Positions 49,640 through 58,161 of a DNA stretch of 58,161 nt are shown here, piece after piece; position 1 is the stretch's first letter, and each line of letters starts with the position of its first letter. The position numbers were made by a program, and so were the translations under genes. Below the pieces are notes generated by a model that had not been told where the DNA came from, made no database searches, and saw nothing but the letters and a program-made list of their open reading frames with translations. The stretch covers positions 46,792,878 through 46,851,038 of the forward strand of contig NC_057718.1 of the NCBI RefSeq assembly GCF_004010195.1. Direction: 5' to 3'. The DNA comes from Chiloscyllium plagiosum (lineage: Eukaryota).

Positions 49640-52600
49640 TCAGGAAGGAGGGTCACATCTGGAGTCATGCATAGCCTGAGTGAATACATAGTTCGGAAAC
49701 TTTGGAGACAGCGTGGGAATTCAGTGCAGAGGGGAAAAGGTGCTTTTTGTTTGCTTTTTTGGTTCATAGTTTGTAACGTCTTTTTAAACAGGATAAATTG
49801 AAGCCCAGGATCGGGAGCCTGAGTAGAATGCAAACAGTAACATTACATGGAAACCATAAGTTCATTGGTTGGTAATAGCCGCTAATTTGATTCTCCGTTA
49901 TAGATTACTTTCCAATTTAAAGTAAATATAGGAAATTGGTTATAAACAGATTATAAACTAAAAGACCAGTAGGAAATTTCTAAAAAAAGACAAATTATGA
50001 AGCAAGTAAATAAAACAGAGATGCGGGGCCAGGCAATGTGTTGTACCTGCATGATGTGGGAGCAGGTGGATTCCATTGCAATTCATAGTGACCACATCTG
50101 GAGCAAGTATTGGTTGCTTGAGGAACTCTGGCTCAGGAGATAACAAGCTGGAGATGAGCTTCGAATAAGGCCACACGTCAGGAAGGAGCAGAGTTACCTG
50201 GATGCTCCGTTTCAGCAGGCAGTCACATGTTTTAGATTAACTTTGATTAACATGCTTTAGATCGAATTCAGTCAGTAGTCAGGGACAGGAGCGAGGGTGT
50301 AACAATGAGCGAGGAAGGTAGGGGGATCTGGGAGGTGGTGTTGAAGGAGCCTCAGCTCTTGAGCTTGTCTAACAGGTTTGAAATTCTTGCTCCCTGTGTG
50401 TTTGTTAGTTGGGGCTACAGGGAGGGTAAGCAAACTGACCATAGCACTGTGGTACAGGGAGCAATTTGAGGGGGGGGGGGGGGGGGGGGGAGTGGGAGGG
50501 TGAAGAAAGAAATACAATTGTAATCAGGGATAGTATAGTCAAGGGAATATATGGCCAGGATTGAGGGTCTTGAAGGCTGTGTTGCCTGCCTCATATCCAG
50601 GTTCAGGATATCCCATCTGAGCTGCAGAGGAACTTGTAGTGAGACCCAAGTGTCATGGTACATGTTAGGTACCAATGATAAAAGAGGAAAGAGGGAATAT
50701 AAACAGCTAAGGGCTAAATTGAAAAGCAGAACCAAAAAGGTATTAATCTCTGGAATACTACTTGAGCCATGAGCTAACTGGCACAGGGTCAACAACATTA
50801 AAGGAGGTAAATGCATATCTCAAAGATTGGTGTGGGAGAAACCGGTTCGAATTCATAGGATATTGGTACCAGTACTGGGGAAGGAGGAAGTTGTTCCATT
50901 GGGATAGGCTCCACTTGCTGGGACCAGAGTCTTGGTGAATCGCATTACTGCAGAAAGGGTTTTAAACTGAATAGTGGGGCAGTGGGTTCAGCTGCAATGG
51001 AAAATTATAAAATCAAAGCCAAAGGAGAATGTGGCATTGCTGATGAGTTGATTGTTATTAGAAAACAAAAGGTCAAATGTGTGAATGTCAAATTGTACCA
51101 AGGAACCATAGAAGTGTAGGGAAAGACAATAATAGAACAAACGTAAAGGTTTTGTACCTTAGTGAACACAGCATTTGGAATAAGGCAGACAAACTGATTG
51201 TGTAAATTGATGTCACAAGGACTTTAAACTAGTTAAGGTGAGGGGGTGCACAAAGGCTCAGGAAAGGTTATTAAAGTTTCCAGAACCAGTGACAGGACAT
51301 AGAGTATGGAACAGCTCGGAAATCAAATTTCAAGCACAGCAGATAAGGGGACAACTATGGGAAGGTAGTGTAATCAACACAGGACTGAGGGTGTTGGACT
51401 AAATTGCATGCAGAATACAAAATAAGATAATAATGAGCTGGTAGTGCAGATATAAATTGGTGGGCACAATGCTGTGGGTATCATTGTGACATGGCTGCAG
51501 GGGATCAGGGCTGGGATCTAAATATTCAAGGATGCACATCCTACTGAAAAGACAGCCAGATGGGGTGACGGGATGGAGTTGCCTTGTTAGTAAGAAATTT
51601 AGTTAAAGTGATAGCAAGAAGGAATATAGGGTTGAAAAGTGTAGAATTTGGGTTGGTAGAGTTGAGTATCCAGAAAGGGAAAAAGACCCTGATGGGAGTT
51701 AAATACAGGCCCACAGGTGTGGGCAGAAAATAAACCAGGAGATAGAAAAGGCATTTAAGAAAGACTAGTGGCTTACAATAATCATGGGGGACTTCAGATT
51801 GGGAAAATCTGGTTTGTAGAGGATCCCAGGAAGAGTAATTCATGGAATGTCTGAGATTTTTTTTGTGTGTGGCAGCCTGTGGTTGAACCCACTAGGGAAC
51901 AGGCAATTCTGGATTTAGTGTTCTGCATTGAAGCAGAGTTGATCTGGGAGCTTAAGGCAAAGGAACCCCTAGGTGGCAGTGACCATAATATAAGAGAATT
52001 CACTCTGCGGTTTGAGAGAGAGATGATGGAATCAAATGTAATGGTATTTCAGCTGAGTAAAGGTAGTTACAAAGACATGAAGGAGGAGTTGGCCAGCATT
52101 AATTGGAAGGGGAACCTAGCAGGCAAGACAGTGCAGCAGCAATAGCAGGAATTTCTGGGGGTGAATCGGGAGGCACAGCAGAAATTTATCCCAAGGAAGA
52201 AACATCCTGAGGGGAGGACAAGGTAATCATGGCTGACAAAGGAAGTCCAAGACAGCATAAAAAGCAAAGGGAAAAACGTACAATTTGATGAAGATTAGTG
52301 GAAGCCGACAGATTGGGAAACCTTTAAAAACCAGTCAAGGATAACTTTAAAAAAAAAGGAGGGTGAAGATGAAAAATGAGTAAGCTAGCTAGTAATATAA
52401 AAGTAGTTTGCAAGATTTCTTTAAAAGATAAGAGAGGCAAGACTGGACATAGAACTATTAGAAAATGAGGCTGAAGTAGTAGTGATGGGGAACAAAGAAA
52501 TAGCAGAGGAACTGAACAGGTCCATTCCATCAGTCTTCATGGTGGAAGCCAGAACTTGGAGAGTCAGAACAGAGGTTAGTGGTGGCCATCACGGAGACGT

Positions 52601-53388
52601 TGCTGGGGAAGCTGAAAAATCTGAAGGTGGATAAATCACATGGATGGACGGATTACACCCCAGAGTTCTTAAGGATATAGCCGAGGAGATTGTGGAGGTA
52701 TTGGTGGTGATCTTTCAAGAATTACTGAAGTCAGAGGGGTCCCAGAGGACTGGAAAATGGCTAATGTAACACTCCAGTTTAAGACAGGAAACTATAGGCC
52801 AGCTAATCTGGCCTCGGTCACTGGTAAAATTTTAGAGTCTAATATTAAGGATGAGATTGCACAGTACTTGGAAGTGGCTGATAAAAAATGGCTGAGTCAA
52901 CTTGGCTTCGTCAAGTGGAGGTCATGCTTGACTTATCTGTTAGAATACTTCAAGGAGGTAACAAGTAAGTTAGACAAAGGAGATCCAGTTGACGTGATCT
53001 ATTTGGATTTTCAGAAGGCCTCTGACAGGATGCTACACTGGAGGCTGAAAAATAAGAGAAGAGCCCATGGTGTTAGGTACTGGCTTGGATAGAGGATTGG
53101 ATGACTGGCAGAAGGCAGAAATTGGGGATCAAAGGGTCTTTTTCAGGATGGCAGCCAGTGGTGTTTCACAGGGGTCAGTGTTGGGATCACAAATAATCAC
53201 GTTATACATTTACGAACTGAGGGCATGGCTTCTAAGTTTGCAGATGACACAAAGGCAGGTGGAGGAACAGGTGGTGTTGAGGAAGCAGGGGGTTACAGGA
53301 AGAAGGCAGGAGAATGGAGTTGAGAAAGACATCAGTCATGATTGAATACTCAATAGGCTGAATGGCCTAATTCTGCTCTACATATTAA
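49640..53388 (+). mobile_element. Long, heavily decayed CR1 LINE (ORF1 zinc finger/esterase, APE and RT remnants, internal deletions)
   Basis: C.TCMMWE and VHV.TND (ORF1); IIMGDF, EPTREQAILDLV and LGGSDH (APE); NYRP.NL, YLDFQKA and VSQGSVLG (RT). CR1 3' UTR at about 53340-53385. Confidence 0.8.
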
Positions 53389-54780
53389 GGTGTACATACA
53401 CACAACCCTGAGAAGACAGATATCCTTTTCAAGAATTCAAAATCACATGGCCTTATTTATCAGGCAATAAAACATTTGGTTTCACTTGTTGCTCATGTTT
53501 CTCAATGAATAAGAATGGATTTGATTCAAAAAGCTGATAAAGTTATATCATCTAATTAGTAAGTAAATAAAATAATTACATTTACTACAAAGCATGTATT
53601 GTATCTTGTATAACACTGACAGACAGGAAAAACTACCAGACCGGTGACCTTGTGGATATGATGTGATCGTGACAAAGCATGGAGTCCTATGCTCACTTGC
53701 AGTGGATTGGCATTACAGCGAGCATTTAAATCAATGGGAACATGTTGGGGACAACATCACCTTCCAATCTCCATTCTGATTGAGTCTTTGGTGAGATAAT
53801 CTATGAATGACTTTCGATCTTCATTATCAATTGTGGTGGTGAAGTGGGCAACAAATGTCCAATTAAGAGCCTCCTCCTACCATGGCTGGTATTAGCGCAA
53901 TGTTGGGCAAGAGGGCTTGTCGTGCATATAGCACACGGGTGACTTGCAGGCCCACAGGAATGATACCTTGAATTGAATTGAATTTATTGTAACATGTACC
54001 GAGGCATAGTGAAAAGCTTTGTCTTGCGAGTTAAGTAGCATAGATAAGTTTAATAATAGGTAAACAGCAGCAAAAACAAAAACACAGGCACAGGCAAATG
54101 TTAAGAATTTGAGTCCATTCAGTATTCTAACTACAGTAGGGTAGAAACTGTTTTGATACCGGTTGGAGTGTGTGTTCAGGCTTCTGTACCTTCTCACCAA
54201 TGGTAGAGGCTGTTGAAAAGCATTGCCAGGGTGGGATGGATCTTTGAAAATGCTGGCAGCCTTTCCTTGACAGCGGGTCTGGTAGATGGATTCTATAGAT
54301 GGGAGGTTGGCCTTTGTAATTGTCCAGGCTGAGTTCACCACTCTCTAACTGTCTCTGATCTTGAATGGTACAGTTGCCATGCCAGGTAGTGATACACCCA
54401 GACAGAATGCTCTCGATGGCGCACCTATAAAAGTTGGCAAGGGTATTCGCTGTCATGCCAAATTTCCTCAGCTGCCTAAGGAAGAAGAGACATTGTTGGT
54501 TCTTTGTAACCAGTGCATCCACGTAGAGTCCAAGAAAGCTTGTTGTGGATGCCCACTCCCAGGAGCTTCACACTCTCCACTCGTTCCATCTCTGTGCTGT
54601 TTATGTGTAGGGGGGTCATGAGTAACATCCTGCCAAAAGTCAATAATGAGTTCCTTGGTTTTGCTGGCATTGAGGACTAGGTTGTTCTCAGTGACCATTC
54701 TTCCAGGTCTTCCACCTCCTGTCTATAGTCTGTTTCATCACCATCTGAGATTTGACCAACTATGGTGGTGTCATCAGCGA

Positions 54781-54995
54781 GGAGAAAGTGAGGTCTGCAG
54801 ACGCTGGAGATCAAAGCTGAAACTTTATTGCTGGAACAGCACAGCAGGTCAGGCAGCATCCAGGGAACAGAAGATTCGACGTTTCGGGCACATGCCCGAA
54901 ATTTCCTGAAGAAGGGCATGTGCCCGAAACGTCGAATCTTCTGTTCCCTGGATGCTGCCTGACCTGCTGTGCTGTTCCAGCAATAAAGTTTCAGC
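54781..54995. mobile_element. Very young fold-back Penelope-terminus mini-element with 15-bp TSD
   Basis: TGGTGTCATCAGCGA at 54766-54780 and 54996-55010. Perfect 83-bp inverted arms at 54815-54897 and 54914-54996. Confidence 0.9.
54906..54933 (+). ncRNA. Minimal hammerhead ribozyme motif, intact core
   Basis: ttc-CTGAAGA-A-GGGC-atgt-GCCC-GAAA-CGTC-gaa, with GUC triplet, ttc/gaa stem I and palindromic ACGT for a dimeric stem III. Confidence 0.8.
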
Positions 54996-55599
54996 TGGTG
55001 TCATCAGCGAACTTGTAAATGGCATTAGTCTGGTATTTGGCGACGCAGTCATGGGTATACAGTGATTACAGTAGGGGGCTGAGTACGCACCCCTAGGGGG
55101 CTCCAGTGTTAAAGGTTAGTGAGGATGAAATATTGTCCCCAATCTTCAATGATTGTGGCCTGTGAGTCAAGAAACTGAGGATCCAGTTGCAGAGAGTGGG
55201 GCTTAGTATGAGATCACTAAGTTTAGTAATCAGTCTTGAGGGGATAATAGTGTTGAGGGTTGAACTGTAGTCAATGAGTAGGATTCTTACGGAGCTGTTC
55301 TTGGTGCCAAGATGTTGTAGGGATGAGTGAAGGGCAAGTGATATGGCATTTGACGTGGATCTGTTGATCCGAGATTTGTTCATACCTCGGACATGGCATC
55401 ACGTCACTTCCCTGCCCTTTCTGCTGATTTCCCACCCTACAACCTCATCTGTGATCTATCCTCCCGCTGTCACACACCTCAGCCTGGGATCCAGCAGTAA
55501 TCCTAGACCTCAGGTCAGTCATACTCAGCAATGTGCACAGCCTTCCCAGTGGCACTGACGTTCAACAAAGCTACCAGCCTCTGCCTAGCCAACCTCAGT

Positions 55600-56143
55600 G
55601 GCCATGTTAAAGTCCTGCCACTGGAATGCTGAGTATCCATGTGGAATACGATTTGGCATGCCTTCCATTTTAGGCAACTTCGACAGTGACCTGGGATTCC
55701 TCTCTATGGCTTTGGTGTTGGTCTGGGTCTGCCTGCGACAGCTTCAGTCAGTCTGTGACTCCATACGGCGTTTTCTTCAGTATCGTGGTGGGTCCAGCCC
55801 GCGATTCCAACTGGGGGGAGGGGTTGGGTCTCGAGCCCTGAGCCGTGAAATGGCCGAAGTGAACTTTGTCTTAAATTCTCATTTTAAAAAAATGTTTATT
55901 ATTATATTATTAGGCAAGGACTGTTATTATGAACTTTTTTGTTCCTTTATTTTCCTAATTTATTGCTATGATTTGTAGATCTGTAATGCTGAGCTTCTTA
56001 TTTCTCTTTCTCTAATTTTTCCCTAAGAATTAGTACTCAAGAATCTGTACCAAGGTACCTTTTATACCTACGATGGCACCGTAACTGGTGACTTGTAAAT
56101 TTATCACTGTACTTATGACAATAAAACTAATTAAATTAAATAA
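55600..56143 (+). mobile_element. SINE-like repeat with Rex1-like tail (related to 13700-14023)
   Basis: Shared 3' block and GACAATAAA plus TAAAT repeats. The 5' boundary is uncertain. Confidence 0.5.
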
Positions 56144-57039
56144 AAGGGTGACCAGATGTCACCAGATCTCCAGCCCATGACCAAGGCCTCCATCACCTCC
56201 GCAAGCTTCCACCCAGTAACACAACTGAAATGATATTAGGCACAATTCTGTGATCCCAGTAGGAGGATGTGCCCACAGGACATACCAATAAGTGAATTAT
56301 CCCCCTCCCAGACCTTCTATTGTGCAGCTTCCCTGCTGGAGTTGTGGCATCACCATAATTTGATTTTCCTCGTAATAATCTTGGACGTTGAATGTTTGTA
56401 GATTTACTTTACATATTACTGTGAGGGAATATTGAATATTAACATTGCAAACTGGATAATAAGTGAGTATTACACTGTAAAATTGTACATTATTCTGTAA
56501 CATGATTAAAATTTTAATTGCAATAATCCAGTGACACATTCCTTTATTTAGTTATATCGATGTCACTGGTAAAGCCCAAGTTCATTACTCAATGCTAATT
56601 GCCCTCGAATGTAATGGTGAGCTCCTTATTGAAGCACTCAAGTTCATATAGTGCAAGTATACTCTCCATTCCATGAGATGATGCTTGAAATTCATCCTGA
56701 ATATTCACCCTGAAAGACAATTAAGTAATGGCAAAATATTTTACAAGTCAAGACTGCTAAGTAACTTGGAGGAGAATGTGTAGGTAGAGGCATTGGCATG
56801 CATCAACTGTCTTTGTCCTTCCAGGTGTAAACATTGTGGGTTTGGAAGGTACTCTTGCAAGAACCTTAGTGAGTGGCTGCAGTGTATTTTGTAGACGGTA
56901 ATGTGTCGGTGTGGAGGAACTGAATGTTTAATATAGTGGATGGGGATGTCAATCAAACAGCTACTATATCCTGGAGTTTGTCAGGCTTCTTGGATATTAT
57001 TATAACTGTACTCATCCAGGCAAGTGGCATATATTCAAT

Positions 57040-57436
57040 CACGCACATAAAGGTGGATAAATCTCTGGAACCTGATCAGATATATCCTAAAACTTTGTGG
57101 AGAAATAGGGAAGTGATTGCTGGGCCCCTTCCTAAGATATTTGGATCATTGGTAGCCACAAGCGAATTTCCAGAAGTCTGGAGGTTGGTTAATGTAGTGT
57201 CACTGTTTAAGAAAAGGTGATAAGGAAAAGCTAGGGAACTATAGACCAGTGAGCCTGACATCGATCGTGGGCAAGTTGTTGGAGGAGATCCTGAGGGACA
57301 GGATTTACATGTGTTTTGAAAGGCAAGGATTAGGATAATCAACATGGCTTTGTGCATGGGAAATCATGTCTCATGAACTTGATGATAGAGTTTTTGAAGA
57401 AGTAACGAAGAAGATTGATGACGGCAGAGTGGTGGA
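57040..57436 (+). mobile_element. CR1 RT fragment
   Basis: IKVDKSLEPDQIYP...WRL.NVV.LFKK and GNYRPVSLTS.VGK. Confidence 0.75.
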
Positions 57437-58161
57437 CATAGAACATAGAACATAGAAGAATACAGCGCAGTACAGGCCCTTTGGCCCTCGATGTTGCGCC
57501 GATCCAAGCCCACCTAGCCTACACTAGCCCACTATCCTCCATATGCCTATCCAATTATCCCCCTTCCAGACCTTCTATTGTGCAGCTTCCCTGCTGGAGT
57601 TGTGGCATCACCATAATTTGATTTTCCTCGTAATAATCTTGGACGTTGAATGTTTGTAGATTTGATCCTCCATATGCCTATCCAATGCCCGCTTAAATGC
57701 CCATAAAGAGGGAGAGTCCACCACTGCTACTGGCAGGGCATTCCATGAACTCACGACTCGCTGAGTAAAGAACCTACCCCTAACATCTGTCCTATACCTA
57801 CCACCCCTTAATTTAAAGCTATGCCCTCTCGTAATAGCTGACTCCATACGTGGAAAAAGGTTCTCACGGTCAACCCTATCTAAACCCCTAATCATCTTGT
57901 ACACCTCTATCAAGTTACCCCAAACCTTCTTTTCTCCAATGAAAACAACTCCAAGTGCCTCAGCCTTTCTTTATACAATCTTCCTACCATACCAGGCAAC
58001 ATTCTGGTAAACCTCCTCTGCACCCGTTCCAGTGCCTCCACATCCTTCCTATAGTATGGCGACCAAAACTGCACACAATACTCCAGATGCGGCCGCACCA
58101 GAGTCTTATACAACTGCAACACGACCTCAGTACTCCGGAACTCAATTCCTCGACCAATAAA
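57437..58161 (-). mobile_element. Young CR1-type LINE 3' end, running off the window
   Basis: LYKTLVRPHLEYCVQFWSPYYRKD...ITRGHSFKLRGGRYRTDVRGRFFTQRVV, with a (CATAGAA)3 tail and CpGs retained. Confidence 0.9.
57553..57663 (+). repeat. 111-bp direct copy of 56295-56405 inserted in the CR1, flanked by a 22-bp duplication
   Basis: One mismatch to the source. ATCCTCCATATGCCTATCCAAT at 57534-57555 and 57665-57686. Confidence 0.92.

Larger units (their letters stand above)
53966..55365 (-). mobile_element. Rex1/Babar-clade LINE 3' 1.2 kb, interrupted at the FADD motif
   Basis: [16 protein letters not shown]...[13 protein letters not shown]...NTGAP, IYKFADDTTIVG, NFYRCAIESILSGCIT.W.G, and a (TTCAA)n tail. 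Confidence 0.85.

Noticed and set aside
50470..50490. Poly-G run and polyproline ORF
   Set aside because: A simple homopolymer within a decayed CR1, possibly of unreliable length.
1..58161. CRISPR array, operon or prokaryotic RT-based system
   Set aside because: There is no regularly spaced repeat-spacer array. All RT and endonuclease motifs belong to eukaryotic retrotransposons, and the remaining short ORFs are repeat-derived or random.

Overview
Vertebrate genomic DNA, most likely from a cartilaginous fish (inferred from HER1/CR1-type LINEs and HE1-like and Deu-domain SINEs). The window appears to be almost entirely intronic. The only host coding sequence I can support is a 75-nt minus-strand exon (21775-21849) of a vasohibin, closest to VASH2. 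It encodes the catalytic-cysteine motif (LMDTAREMTRESLPIKCLEAVILG) and is followed by a minor-spliceosome (U12-type) donor, GTATCCTT. The rest is a dense, nested set of decayed retroelements: CR1/HER1, L2, Rex1/Babar, a full-length degenerate L1, a Tx1-like LINE spanning an assembly gap, solo LTRs, SINEs and Penelope-like elements. The most notable hidden signal is about a dozen minimal hammerhead-ribozyme motifs (CTGAnGA-stem II-GAAA-CGTC) in Penelope-derived termini. Many sit in short non-coding insertions with 10-15 bp target-site duplications (TSDs), and several are fold-back (inverted) dimers whose junctions fall at the ribozyme. Hammerheads in Penelope elements are known, so this is at most a new lineage or architecture rather than a new system. 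There are also two locally templated insertions with 21-22 bp flanking duplications and a 99-bp inverted repeat enclosing an RFX X-box. Boundaries of old repeats are approximate, and family names come from motif recognition, not database searches.
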